From: a virus
Direction: 5' to 3' (one strand)
Virus record (IMG/VR): IMGVR_UViG_3300042399_002267
DNA length: 64,000 bases
This document shows positions 18,275 through 28,424 of the stretch, one piece after another; position 1 is the first letter of the stretch, and each line of letters begins with the position of its first letter. Position numbers and translations under genes: made by a program. Under the pieces are notes generated by a model. The model was not told where the DNA came from. It saw only the letters and a program-made list of their open reading frames with translations, and ran no database searches.

Positions 18275-20056
18275 CTACTTTGAATGCTTGATGTCTTCTA
18301 TAATCAACACTAAGCTATTTTTACCAGTAAATGTGTCAATTTCAAGAGTGTAAACAAGATCTACTACATCATCAACCTTAAAACTATCAATTAAATAACC
18401 TCTGCGCCAAGCATTTGCAGATATCCAAGATTTTCCATCTGTAAATTTAATTTTTAAATGCTTGCCTTGTGATAATGGTTTTAATTCTGATATTTTAATA
18501 CCCTTGGTGAAAAATAAGGGATTTGGATTTTCAGCACCGAAAGGAGCCAATCTTAATAAGTGATTGTATGTTTTATAATTTAGATCACCAAACATGAGTT
18601 TTGAATCTACTTCAATCTCTTTTATATTTGTTGGATCACCAATAACATTTGATGCATATTCATTCAATGCATCTCTCATTGCTGGAATATTATTAATAGC
18701 AAGTTCAAATCCAGCTGCAAAAGCATGTCCACCACAAACAGTTGAACCATCTGCTCTTTTCTTAAACAATGCCCATGCTTTTTCAGATTTCAATGCATTC
18801 AAGATGTTAAAGTTTCGAGTGGAACGACAAGAACCTTTTGCATATCCATCAGTTTTAAAAGAACACACTAAAGTAGGTTTATTATAAACTTCTGCTATTT
18901 TCCCAGCAATCAAACCAATCAATCCTGGATGCCAATCATCTGCACCAAGTATTAGTATATGTTCCTTTTCTAAATCAAAGTTTTTTTCAACGTATGCTAC
19001 AGCTTGTGCAATATTTTCTTCTTGTTGTTTTTGTCTTTTAGTGTTTGCATTATTCAATGTATTTGCTAAAGACTTTGCAATAAAATCATCTTCAGCCAAT
19101 AACAAAGATAAAGCTGTTCCAGAATCAGCCAATCTTCCAATAGCATTAATTCTTGGACCTATTTGAAATCCAATACTTGTTGTGGTGACTTCCTTGACTC
19201 CAGCAACTCGTAAAAGTTCTTGTATTCCAGGTTTTGTACTTCTGCTTAAAATTTTACAACCATAGTCTACAATTATGCGATTTTCATCTAACATTGGAGC
19301 AACGTCAGCTACTGTACCCAAAGCAGCAAATTCAATAAGATCATCTATCAAACTCATAATATCCATCTTGCGAGTTTTAGCTAATCCGAGCATTAATTTA
19401 AATGCAATACCACACCCTGCAAGATAATCAAAAGGATATCTCTTAAAATCTTCAGTTTTATGAGACTTGAAATGTTCTCCAGGATAGTTAGGGTCATCTC
19501 TGTTAGGATTCACAACCCCAATACAATTTGGTATTTTTCCATCATCAGAAGGATGGTGGTGATCTGTGACTATCAAATCTAAACCACATTTTTTAGCATA
19601 TTCAGCTGTTTCAAATGCAACAATTCCACAGTCCACAGACATGAGCAATTTAGCTTCACGAGAAATGGCTTCATCTACAGAATGAACTTTGATATCATAT
19701 CCATCTTCCATTCTGTGGGGAACTTTATATTCAAGATTGGCTCCCATCTTTTTAAGTGCTGTGACAACAATAGCAGTGGAAGTGATTCCATCAACATCGT
19801 AATCTCCCCATACAAAAATCTTTTCCTGATTGTCAATAGCATAATTAATTCTGTCTACAACAGGTTTGAAATCTGGCAACAATGACGGGTTGTGCAAATG
19901 TTTGATTTCTGTTTTAAGAAAATCATTAGCATCTTCAAGATTTGTGATTCCTCTTACTGCTAAAACTTTGGCAATTGTTGCTGGCATTTCAAGATCAAAT
20001 GCTAACTCGTCTACAAGACCATTATCAGCTTTTTTGAGTTTCCAAATTGTTTCCAT
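18275..20056 (-). CDS. recJ: Single-stranded DNA exonuclease RecJ
   Basis: GDYDVDG, HRMEDGY, TDHH, GTVADV, PRINAIGRL, GSCRS, GGHAFAAG, PFGAENPNP and a C-terminal OB fold. Confidence 0.95.
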   Translation of the reverse strand: METIWKLKKADNGLVDELAFDLEMPATIAKVLAVRGITNLEDANDFLKTEIKHLHNPSLLPDFKPVVDRINYAIDNQEKIFVWGDYDVDGITSTAIVVTALKKMGANLEYKVPHRMEDGYDIKVHSVDEAISREAKLLMSVDCGIVAFETAEYAKKCGLDLIVTDHHHPSDDGKIPNCIGVVNPNRDDPNYPGEHFKSHKTEDFKRYPFDYLAGCGIAFKLMLGLAKTRKMDIMSLIDDLIEFAALGTVADVAPMLDENRIIVDYGCKILSRSTKPGIQELLRVAGVKEVTTTSIGFQIGPRINAIGRLADSGTALSLLLAEDDFIAKSLANTLNNANTKRQKQQEENIAQAVAYVEKNFDLEKEHILILGADDWHPGLIGLIAGKIAEVYNKPTLVCSFKTDGYAKGSCRSTRNFNILNALKSEKAWALFKKRADGSTVCGGHAFAAGFELAINNIPAMRDALNEYASNVIGDPTNIKEIEVDSKLMFGDLNYKTYNHLLRLAPFGAENPNPLFFTKGIKISELKPLSQGKHLKIKFTDGKSWISANAWRRGYLIDSFKVDDVVDLVYTLEIDTFTGKNSLVLIIEDIKHSK

Positions 20057-20811
20057 TATATTTTTACCAATAAGTCCTGTTGACCAGAAGATATCATTTC
20101 CTTTATAGACTCATCTAAAAAAGAAATATCATACTTGCTAGCAAAATCATCAGGGTCCATACCTTTAGGCAATAAAACCCTATGAGCTTTTAAAGAGTAT
20201 TCTTTAATTTTAGATAGTATTTTTTCTGATGCAATTTTACCAGCATCATCAGAATCCATTATCACTATAATATTATCGCAATATCTTGCTGCTAAAGCAA
20301 TTTGATAATCTGATATAGAAGTGCCACACAATGCACATGTATTCTGATACCCATTATCGTAAAAACTATACACATCAAAGTATCCCTCTACTAAGATGAT
20401 ATAGTTTCTTATAATTGCTTCTTTTTTAGCATTATTTAGAAAAAATAAATTTCTTGTTTTTTGATAAGGCTCATTTATCCATTTGCCTTTATTCCATTTA
20501 TTAATTCTGTCTTGACATTTTGCCGGTTCATGACTATATGAATCCCAAAATGATTGAACAGTCATTTCTGCTGCTTTTGGAATTTGGCGACCAGCTAGAG
20601 CAATAATTTTTCCATCAACATCACAAATGGGAACTATTAATCTTCCCCTCAATAATGGAAAATGATATCTAGAATATGATGGACAAAATCCCACTAAATT
20701 ATCATCTACTATTCTTTTGGATAAATTTCTAGTAGCATAATATTCTTGGGCAATGTTACTATCAGATAAATTACGAGTAAATTGATTATAATATGCCTTG
20801 CGATCTTCCAT
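20056..20811 (-). CDS. dnaG: DnaG-type primase catalytic core (TOPRIM) without zinc-binding domain
   Basis: RGRLIVPI.D.DG.IIALAGR, LVEGYFDV, ALCGTS, MDSDDAG, DPDDF; only 251 aa and no CHC2 finger. Confidence 0.85.
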   Translation of the reverse strand: MEDRKAYYNQFTRNLSDSNIAQEYYATRNLSKRIVDDNLVGFCPSYSRYHFPLLRGRLIVPICDVDGKIIALAGRQIPKAAEMTVQSFWDSYSHEPAKCQDRINKWNKGKWINEPYQKTRNLFFLNNAKKEAIIRNYIILVEGYFDVYSFYDNGYQNTCALCGTSISDYQIALAARYCDNIIVIMDSDDAGKIASEKILSKIKEYSLKAHRVLLPKGMDPDDFASKYDISFLDESIKEMISSGQQDLLVKI

Positions 20812-20817
20812 CTTGTG

Positions 20818-20846
20818 ATTATCTCACATTAAAGGAACTTTAGCAA
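20818..20846 (-). promoter_or_regulatory. Sigma-70-type promoter for the primase-recJ operon, likely leaderless
   Basis: TTGCTA-N17-GATAAT; ATG lies 6 nt downstream; no Shine-Dalgarno. Confidence 0.55.
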
Positions 20847-20858
20847 CTAACGTATAAA
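20831..20858 (+). promoter_or_regulatory. Putative SigH-like promoter
   Basis: AAAGG AACTTTAGCAACTAAC GTATAAA. Confidence 0.4.
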
Positions 20859-20902
20859 ACTTAAACCAGAGTAAGAATCTTTTCTTTATTAGGAATTTTG
20901 TC

Positions 20903-21994
20903 ATGGATTTAAATGAATATATTGATTTTATAATTGTTGCTGAAGAACTTGACAAGTTGGGAAGATATGCTGAAGCTGACAATCTTGTAAGATTAGCTCA
21001 ATTTCCAAATATGAACCCACAAGGCTTTGGCGGTTTTGGTAATATGGGGGCTGGAAATGGCAATTTATTTACTCCACAAATGCAAGGAGCTGCTATAGGT
21101 GGAGCTCTTGGTAATGCTGCCTTTAAGAGTCCTGTTGGAACTGCAATTGGAACTTTATTGGGAAGTGAAATTGGCAGAAAACAAGGGAATGAAATTCAGC
21201 AAAGAAATATCCCATCTGAACAAAAAATTCAAAAATTAAAAGAAGAATTAATCAAATTACAGGCACAACCAGAACCAAGAAATTATGTCAAAATGCAAGA
21301 ATTGCAAAGACAAATCACAACTGAAGAAAAAATTCTCAAAGACACTCAAGCTCTAAGAGCACAAAATCAACCTCAGCCAGCAACACAAACTGCCAATCAA
21401 ACAGGATTACCTGCATCAGCATCATTAGACCAATTAAAAGCATACAACGCAGCAAGAGATGCTAAATCGTTTGATGAATTGCAAAAATTAGTAGCGAATT
21501 TCACTTTAGCAGAACAAGCTTTAGCATTTAGATTCTGGAATTTAAAATCTCAACAAGCAGCAACTCAAACTCCAGGGCAACCAGCTGGACAATTGCAAGC
21601 TACACAAATGCCACCTGCTGTAAATAATATTCTTATGAGTATGTTGTATGACTCAGCAATGACAACTCCACAAGCTATCTGGACAAAAATAAGTACTTCT
21701 GAACAAATTCCAGAAGGATTGAAAAGAGCAGCATTTGATGAATTCTTAAAACTTAGAAGTAATCAGATTTACGGAGCTCAACAAGCACAAGCACCTGTAA
21801 CAGCACCACAGTTTACACCAGCAGAAGATGCAGAAATTAACAAATTAGTATCTCTTGCTTTCGGGCAAGAATCAGGACGAAAATTTAATTTTATTAAAAA
21901 TAAATTCTTAAGAGATCAAATTACAAAACCAATCTACGATGAAGCAATTAAGAGACTAAGAGAGAAAGTTACATTATTGCAAAGTATGAGATAA
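20903..21994 (+). CDS. Q/A-rich protein with shared N-terminal tag (family member 1); possible internal virion protein
   Basis: N-terminus IIVAEELDKLGRYAEADNLVRLAQ; G-rich glycine-zipper-like segment; Q/A/P low complexity. Confidence 0.55.
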   Translation: MDLNEYIDFIIVAEELDKLGRYAEADNLVRLAQFPNMNPQGFGGFGNMGAGNGNLFTPQMQGAAIGGALGNAAFKSPVGTAIGTLLGSEIGRKQGNEIQQRNIPSEQKIQKLKEELIKLQAQPEPRNYVKMQELQRQITTEEKILKDTQALRAQNQPQPATQTANQTGLPASASLDQLKAYNAARDAKSFDELQKLVANFTLAEQALAFRFWNLKSQQAATQTPGQPAGQLQATQMPPAVNNILMSMLYDSAMTTPQAIWTKISTSEQIPEGLKRAAFDEFLKLRSNQIYGAQQAQAPVTAPQFTPAEDAEINKLVSLAFGQESGRKFNFIKNKFLRDQITKPIYDEAIKRLREKVTLLQSMR

Positions 21995-22003
21995 AAGTAA
22001 AAC

Positions 22004-22033
22004 AAAAATCCCCTCCGAAGAGGGGATTTTTTT
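22004..22033. terminator. Bidirectional intrinsic terminator
   Basis: AAAAATCCCCTC-CGAA-GAGGGGATTTTTTT between convergent genes. Confidence 0.85.
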
Positions 22034-23273
22034 ATTCTAGCATTTCTTTTGCAGCATCATCAAACGAGATTCCATCATCGTCTTCTTCATCAAATGGATC
22101 TGTGATGTTTTCCAGTTCTGATGGTGGACCTTTTTTAACAGCAGCAAGAAGATCATCAAGTGGTTTTCCCAACACTTTAAGTCTTCCACAGATATACTCA
22201 AAGGCAGTGGTAGAATTGTCTCCACGAGTACGTTTTTCTGGAGAAGCTTGACTCATAAGAAGTTTTACAAATTCATATGGGTCTTTGGATTCTACTACTT
22301 CGCCAGTATCAACATTTGTATAAATAAACTTCTTGCGAACTTCTTTGATATATTCAAAGCCTTTAGCTTTTGCACGATAAAGAAATTCATCTACAGGATT
22401 GGTGTTGTCATCATCGGTAAACATGATCTTAAAAATACCAGTAAGACCAGGAGTTCCATAGCGAGTTTTCATCACTAGTACTTTTGATTTACCGCCAATG
22501 ATTACATCTTGACCAGCTTCATCCTTTTTGGTTACCTGACCATTTGCTCCGTTGATTTTATTAATCCATAAACGCATATGGGTAAAGTAATTCATAGCAT
22601 TACCGCCAGATGCTTGCTTTACCATGGAACCAGGCATTGCACCAGCACCCATATAAAGTTGGTTGATAAGAACAACAATAGTTCCAGATGTAGCTGTTTT
22701 AGCAGTAAGATCTTTTGTTAATCGCTTGACAAAACGAGCATGGAGACCAATTGTCTGTACTTGCTCCATTGATTTTGCAAGTTCATCTTGTGGAATCATT
22801 GCAGAAACAGAATCTACAATAATAACAGAATAATCACCAGTGTCTGCCATATACTTAAGAAGTTCGCCATACTTTTCAGCAGAACCAACATTTTCAACAA
22901 GAACAAGGTCTTTAACACTTACACCACAGCTGGTTGCACGTAAAGGATAGTATGAATTTTCAATATTGAAAAATGCACATTTTTTGCCTTGCTTTTGCGC
23001 TTCGGCAATAAGTTTGTACCCTAACCAAGTTTTTCCAGATTGTGATTCACCACAAAATTCAACAAGAGTGCCTGAAGGTATACCCATACCAGCACCCAAA
23101 ATTGAATCAACTTCAAAAACTCCAGTTGGAATAAACTCAATCTCTTCGGTGTCACCAGACTTGATGCATTTTTCATCAATGCCTAATGACTTCATTTTTT
23201 GTTTCAATAACCGAAGCTGATCAGCGCTAATTACTTCTGATAAATTGTCTTTTGAATCTTTTGATTTAGCCAT
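22032..23273 (-). CDS. recA: RecA/UvsX-like recombinase
   Basis: IPTG..EVDSILG.G.GIP.G..VEFCGESQSGKT, IIVDSVSAM, INQL, SGGNAMNYFTHMRL. Confidence 0.92.
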   Translation of the reverse strand: MAKSKDSKDNLSEVISADQLRLLKQKMKSLGIDEKCIKSGDTEEIEFIPTGVFEVDSILGAGMGIPSGTLVEFCGESQSGKTWLGYKLIAEAQKQGKKCAFFNIENSYYPLRATSCGVSVKDLVLVENVGSAEKYGELLKYMADTGDYSVIIVDSVSAMIPQDELAKSMEQVQTIGLHARFVKRLTKDLTAKTATSGTIVVLINQLYMGAGAMPGSMVKQASGGNAMNYFTHMRLWINKINGANGQVTKKDEAGQDVIIGGKSKVLVMKTRYGTPGLTGIFKIMFTDDDNTNPVDEFLYRAKAKGFEYIKEVRKKFIYTNVDTGEVVESKDPYEFVKLLMSQASPEKRTRGDNSTTAFEYICGRLKVLGKPLDDLLAAVKKGPPSELENITDPFDEEDDDGISFDDAAKEMLE

Positions 23274-23284
23274 ATAATCTCCTC

Positions 23285-23310
23285 AAAAAGGGGATGGTTT
23301 CCCATCCCCT
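23285..23310 (-). terminator. Intrinsic terminator after the SSB gene
   Basis: AGGGGATGG-GAAA-CCATCCCCT followed by TTTT. Confidence 0.7.
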
Positions 23311-23318
23311 TAGTAATA

Positions 23319-24311
23319 TTAGTCGTTTAACCAGCCCATTGAATCTTCATCATCGTCGTCGTCATCTTCAACAACAACTGGCTTAGGAGCAACCTTAGCA
23401 GTTCGAGTTGGTTTGACAGGAACAACTTCTTCAACCTCATCATCTTCCACTACTGGAGCAGAGACTTTAGGTGGAGAAACTGTATATCCTGAATCAGATT
23501 TAGGCTTTGCTACAACTGCACTGGAAGATTCTCCCTTAACAAGAGTGTGCTTGAAAATCTTATGCAAAGGATAACCGTATGCAAAGAAGTCATTCCACTC
23601 AGGCATTGAAGGATCTGATTTACGATCAAGAGCATACTGTGTACGCTCAGTTTCGAGTTCTTCAGGAGTAGGCTCACCAGCTTTGCGTAGTAATTCAACC
23701 ATTTCGTCATCTACTTCAACATTTTTGGATTCAAAGTAAACATCGTATTCGACAGACAAAGGTGGTTGTTTGCCAGTAGCTTTGGCAGTGATTTTTACAC
23801 AAGGAGATAAACGGGAACCATAATGGCGAGAATCATCTTCGCCATCCCATTCTTCATCTTCGTAATTGCCTTGAGTCTTCTTAGCAATTTCAGAAAAGAT
23901 AGCCTTACCCTTCTTGAGAATCTTTACTTTCCATGTGCCATCTTCTTGACGCTCAAGAACATTCTGTGCATACTGGGTTGTGAAGATATAACCCATCTTG
24001 CGCCAAGGGCATTGATCTGGATCATCATGTCCAATGCGGTTGAATGACTTGTTGACATCAGCATCTGGAAATGGAACCTTCATAGTCTTGCCACGAAGTT
24101 CTGGATCGTTGTTAGGATTAGGCACATATACCTTGTCGGTATATTCATGGAACATATAAGGATCGCCAACAAGTTTAAGACGACGAGTAACCTTAGGAGA
24201 GTCTTTAACAGACAGGTTTACAATAATGTCTTGTAACTTAGGGAAGGAATTCTGCTGCGGACGAGCAGGGTTGGAAGCAAGCATCTGAGATGCTGAAACA
24301 CGTCGAATCAT
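23319..24311 (-). CDS. Single-stranded DNA-binding protein (gp32-like) with acidic tail
   Basis: Lies between recA and dnaE; acidic C-terminus VEDDDDDDEDSMGWLND; start moved to ATG at 24311 (CGGAG upstream). Confidence 0.65.
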   Translation of the reverse strand: MIRRVSASQMLASNPARPQQNSFPKLQDIIVNLSVKDSPKVTRRLKLVGDPYMFHEYTDKVYVPNPNNDPELRGKTMKVPFPDADVNKSFNRIGHDDPDQCPWRKMGYIFTTQYAQNVLERQEDGTWKVKILKKGKAIFSEIAKKTQGNYEDEEWDGEDDSRHYGSRLSPCVKITAKATGKQPPLSVEYDVYFESKNVEVDDEMVELLRKAGEPTPEELETERTQYALDRKSDPSMPEWNDFFAYGYPLHKIFKHTLVKGESSSAVVAKPKSDSGYTVSPPKVSAPVVEDDEVEEVVPVKPTRTAKVAPKPVVVEDDDDDDEDSMGWLND

Positions 24312-24352
24312 TTTCAAACTCCGTTCTGGGGAACACAGGTCCCTCTTCAAAT

Positions 24353-24381
24353 ATATTACTATATGTTGATGGCTTTTGCAA
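24353..24381 (-). promoter_or_regulatory. Sigma-70 promoter for the SSB gene
   Basis: TTGCAA-N17-TAATAT. Confidence 0.55.
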
Positions 24382-24395
24382 CAGAAATGGAAAAC

Positions 24396-25124
24396 TTATT
24401 TCATTCTTCCATTTCTAGTTCTTACACTAGCACTATCATTATTATACTGCTTTAACGATGGTCGATCCTTACTGTAAAGAGAAGACAAACCTTCATTGTT
24501 AAAGCTTTGATTGATTCTTGAAAGAGCTTGATGTTCTCTCATTAATCGATCCATTTGAGTTGCAGCAAAATCAATATTTTTCAATACTGCTTCTGTGTAA
24601 CTCAAAAGTCTTTTGGCATGTGATAATGCCACCGAAAATGGACTTACTGTAAAAGTAGCTACTGCATCCTTATCAGGTTTAGTACCATTTGTCAACTTCA
24701 TTGCTATTTCTCTCAAGTTTTTATGTGCTTGAAAGATCATTTCATAATGAGCATACACTATGGCAATGATTTCGGACAATCTTGTTCTATATTGTACTTG
24801 CAATGCATACATTGCAGCATGAGCTTCAAAATCAAAATCATGCTTGTTGGGAATTGAAATATCCCAAGTGGCAATTTCTCTTCTAATTTCAAATTCATTA
24901 TAAACAGGCAAAGATGCAATTGCGAATTGCCATATTTCCACTTCTTCAGCAAAACTTTCTTCTGTAACTCCCTTGATTCTTTCAGCAATTTTTTTAGCAA
25001 AATCAGGGTCAGTCCAAGGAGTTATTTCTGGTAAAGGTTTCCATTCGAAATCAGCTAAAAGAATTGTGTCATCATTTTCTTCGCTTATATTTTCGTCATC
25101 TTCTTCTGTATATAAATTGCTCAT
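24396..25124 (-). CDS. Helical protein, possible recombination mediator (UvsY-like)
   Basis: Predominantly helical and coiled; position between the polymerase and SSB/RecA genes. Function is inference only. Confidence 0.3.
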   Translation of the reverse strand: MSNLYTEEDDENISEENDDTILLADFEWKPLPEITPWTDPDFAKKIAERIKGVTEESFAEEVEIWQFAIASLPVYNEFEIRREIATWDISIPNKHDFDFEAHAAMYALQVQYRTRLSEIIAIVYAHYEMIFQAHKNLREIAMKLTNGTKPDKDAVATFTVSPFSVALSHAKRLLSYTEAVLKNIDFAATQMDRLMREHQALSRINQSFNNEGLSSLYSKDRPSLKQYNNDSASVRTRNGRMK

Positions 25125-25133
25125 AGCATTTCC

Positions 25134-28100
25134 TCAATCAAATAAATTGTCACTTAATAATGTATTGAATTTATTCGTACTTTTTGTTGGTTTGTCATTT
25201 ACTTTATTAGACATTATTTGATCAATTGATAGTGAATTTTTATCAGCTAATCTTTTAAGCCTTGCAGCATTCTTTTCTTCTAAAGTTCTTTGAGTAACTA
25301 TTTCATCCCAATGTACCATGAAGTCTTCCAGATATTCAAATTGTAAGATATCAGTTAAACAATCTAATGCATTATGTTCAGCCAAAGCTTGAATCATCAT
25401 TCGGTTAGGTCTTGTACGATAGCAAAGATCCTTGATATCTTCGTAAGGTTGATTCTTTATGATATCTTCAGCACGAGCACCTACACCCTTGACTGCAGAT
25501 AATGGAAGAATAATCTCACCTTTAGTGTTTACCATAGTATCAAGACCAGACTCATTAATATTAGGTTCCTTGACAACTATTTTATCAATTTGACATTCTC
25601 TTCGCAATATGGCAAGTTTATCTTCATCCAAACGGTCTATTTGAATACAAGATCCAAGCCATTCTGAAGGATAATAATATCTTAACCATGCAGTGAAATA
25701 TGATAACAATGCATATGCACATGCATGGGATCTATTAAATGCATATCCGCCAAACTTTGCCATTAATTGAAGAACAGAATCAACTATTGTTTCATCTACA
25801 CCCTTTGCGATACTTTTTGTCTTGAAAAGATTACATGCATCATCAAAGTCTTTGCCTGATTTTTTCGAAATAGCTTTTCTTAATTTGTCAACTTCAGTCC
25901 AAGTGAATCCAGCCATATCACGAGCCATTTTCATAGCTTGCTCTTGATAAACCATAATTCCATATGTCACACCCAAGTGTTGTTTGATAACAGGATGGTC
26001 ATAATGAACACTTTCAGGGTTTTTCTTTCCAAATGCATATTGTGGAATAAAATCCATAGGACCAGGACGGTAAAGAGCAGCAACAGCAATCAAATCTTCA
26101 ATATTAGATGCTTCAACATCTCTTAGAGCCTGTTGCATTCCCTTAGACGCAAATTGAAAAACAGATGCAGTTTTACCTTTTGCATAAATGTTCTTAAAAA
26201 TCTTAGGATCTTCCAAATCGATATCTTTAAACTCTATCACTTTTCCATGCAATCTTTTGATGTGCTGTAAACACAATGAGATTTGTTGAAAAGCTGCCAA
26301 TCCTAAGAAGTCATACTTAACAAGACCCATGCGTTCAACATTTTTCATGTCATATGCTGAACACAAGTTTCCTTTAGAGTTTTCAATAGGTGCATGCATA
26401 AATATAGGTTCAGATGAAACAAGCACACCACTAGCATGAACACCAAAGTTTGAAATGGTGCCTACAAGGTGAATAGCATTGTCAATTTCTGTCTTCCATA
26501 TTTTGTAATAATGGACAAACTCAGAACTTTCTTGAATAGTATCTTCAATAGTAGATCCAGGCTTTTTGGATATAAGAGCAGATATCTTCAATGCTTCAGA
26601 ATGAGTGTAATCTCCATGATGATTGGTAAATCTTTCACTAGATTTTAGACACCCAACCACTGCAGCTTTAGCACCATACCTGCCCCATGTTCCGATTTGT
26701 GCAACATGCTCATCTCCAAATCTGTGCTTGGTCCAGTCAATTACATCTGCTCTTTTAGAATCATCAATGTCTGTATCGACATCAGGAAGAGCAGCAATTT
26801 TGGAAATTCTTAAACCTTGTTCAGGCAAATCTTCCGTAATACCAAGAATAACAGAAGTCCAAAGTTGAGATTCATTAACTTTTGTTTTAATCCCCATTTT
26901 TGAAAGACTATAAACGTATGCACATAAACCTTGATTTTCTAAAACCCACAATTCTTTTTCAATGTCAGGTTCTTTATCAATATAGTCAGGATTTTGGCTC
27001 AACCAAATTTTAGAAACCTTCTTGAGTTTTTGAACAAAAGGCATTTGATCAACATGAGAATATTTCTCCATCCATTGATTCACAGGATATTCTGAACAAT
27101 CAATCTTATATTGAGTGCCACGACCAGGATTGAGAAATCTTTCAAACATAAGATTCCAACGAACAGGATCAACATTGCAAACTTCTAAACAGAAATTTAC
27201 CAATGACCCTACACCAGAACCACGAATTCCATAGTGAATGTCTCTACCTTTCATAAATTCAACCATTTCGCGTTGAATTAAGAAATAGTCAGTAACGCCC
27301 ATGTGCCAAATCTGAGTTAGTTCATAATGTAACCGAGCTAAATACTTCTTATTTGCACCAAAACCAGCAAGTTTTAGACCATTCAAACATAGGTATGCCA
27401 AGTAAGCTTCATTATCTTTGTAATAAGGAAGCTTAGAGTTCTTGAATTTTCTGAAATCTGGATCATCAGGAATATTAGCTTTTGGAAGTAAGTGGGGAAC
27501 ATCCAACTTTAAGAAGTCTTCCACCATCTCGGAAATGAGAACAGAGTTTTTCAAAGCTTCTGGTGCACCAACACCAAACACTTTTGTCATGTCATCATAA
27601 GATTTCAAAAAGAACTGGTGAGAAGAGTATGCTTCTTTTTTGCCACCCTTCTTCTCAGCACCTGATCTGGAATCTCTTTGATCTCGCATTTGAATAAGAA
27701 CATCGTGCAGTTCCCAATCAAGCTTATCTAAATAATGAACATCATTTGACGCAACAACTGGAACGTCATATTTTTTAGCTAAATCTAAAAGATGTCCCAT
27801 GTTATGTTTCTGTTCTTCAATACCATGATATTGAAGTTCAACAAAATACCTATCATCAAATAAAGACTTGAATTTATCAACAACACTGTTAGCAGTAATA
27901 AGGTCATCTTTCATCAAAGGTTGATTTAGTTCAGATGCAAGACAGCCCGAAAGAGCAATGACACCTTCAGAATGCTTTTCAATACATTCCCAATCAACTC
28001 TTGGAGAATAGTGAAAAGCTTCAGGATCATTTCCTAATGCTGACAATGAGAGTAAGTTTTTATAACCCTTTTCATTTTGAGCCAAAAGAGTAAGGTGATT

Positions 28101-28385
28101 TAATTTTCTTCTTCTGCCATCTTCTGTTTTAGATTTATCAAATCTATCAGGACAGGTATACACTTCAATACCAATTATTGGCTTAATTGGATCTGTAGTA
28201 CTTGGAATCTTACAGTTTTCTACAAACTCAATTACACCGCCCATTTTTCCATGGTCAGTGATTGCTGTAGCACGAAAACCCATCTCTCTAGCCTTGTGAG
28301 CATATGCTTTTGGAGATGGTAAAGCATCTTGTATTGAAAAGTGAGTATGAGCATGCAAATGCACAAAATCTTTATTGTTACACAT
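25134..28385 (-). CDS. dnaE: DNA polymerase III alpha subunit (C family) with PHP domain
   Basis: HLHAHTHFSIQD, TDHG, SNDVHY, RGSGVGSL, FERFLNPGR, PDVDTD, GVHASG, KYDFLGL, FQFAS, ALYRPGP, YQEQAM, YAFNRSHA. Confidence 0.96.
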   Translation of the reverse strand: MCNNKDFVHLHAHTHFSIQDALPSPKAYAHKAREMGFRATAITDHGKMGGVIEFVENCKIPSTTDPIKPIIGIEVYTCPDRFDKSKTEDGRRRKLNHLTLLAQNEKGYKNLLSLSALGNDPEAFHYSPRVDWECIEKHSEGVIALSGCLASELNQPLMKDDLITANSVVDKFKSLFDDRYFVELQYHGIEEQKHNMGHLLDLAKKYDVPVVASNDVHYLDKLDWELHDVLIQMRDQRDSRSGAEKKGGKKEAYSSHQFFLKSYDDMTKVFGVGAPEALKNSVLISEMVEDFLKLDVPHLLPKANIPDDPDFRKFKNSKLPYYKDNEAYLAYLCLNGLKLAGFGANKKYLARLHYELTQIWHMGVTDYFLIQREMVEFMKGRDIHYGIRGSGVGSLVNFCLEVCNVDPVRWNLMFERFLNPGRGTQYKIDCSEYPVNQWMEKYSHVDQMPFVQKLKKVSKIWLSQNPDYIDKEPDIEKELWVLENQGLCAYVYSLSKMGIKTKVNESQLWTSVILGITEDLPEQGLRISKIAALPDVDTDIDDSKRADVIDWTKHRFGDEHVAQIGTWGRYGAKAAVVGCLKSSERFTNHHGDYTHSEALKISALISKKPGSTIEDTIQESSEFVHYYKIWKTEIDNAIHLVGTISNFGVHASGVLVSSEPIFMHAPIENSKGNLCSAYDMKNVERMGLVKYDFLGLAAFQQISLCLQHIKRLHGKVIEFKDIDLEDPKIFKNIYAKGKTASVFQFASKGMQQALRDVEASNIEDLIAVAALYRPGPMDFIPQYAFGKKNPESVHYDHPVIKQHLGVTYGIMVYQEQAMKMARDMAGFTWTEVDKLRKAISKKSGKDFDDACNLFKTKSIAKGVDETIVDSVLQLMAKFGGYAFNRSHACAYALLSYFTAWLRYYYPSEWLGSCIQIDRLDEDKLAILRRECQIDKIVVKEPNINESGLDTMVNTKGEIILPLSAVKGVGARAEDIIKNQPYEDIKDLCYRTRPNRMMIQALAEHNALDCLTDILQFEYLEDFMVHWDEIVTQRTLEEKNAARLKRLADKNSLSIDQIMSNKVNDKPTKSTNKFNTLLSDNLFD

Positions 28386-28424
28386 AATTCCCCCGAATAA
28401 GCCCCGTCATAGACAGTCATACAC

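Noticed and set aside
25134-28385. Intein in DnaE (also checked NrdA, DnaB, RecA and the visible TerL part)
   Set aside because: No Cys/Ser-start...His-Asn-end blocks or LAGLIDADG motifs were seen. The usual DnaE intein site reads GYAFNRSH without an insertion, and protein lengths are normal.
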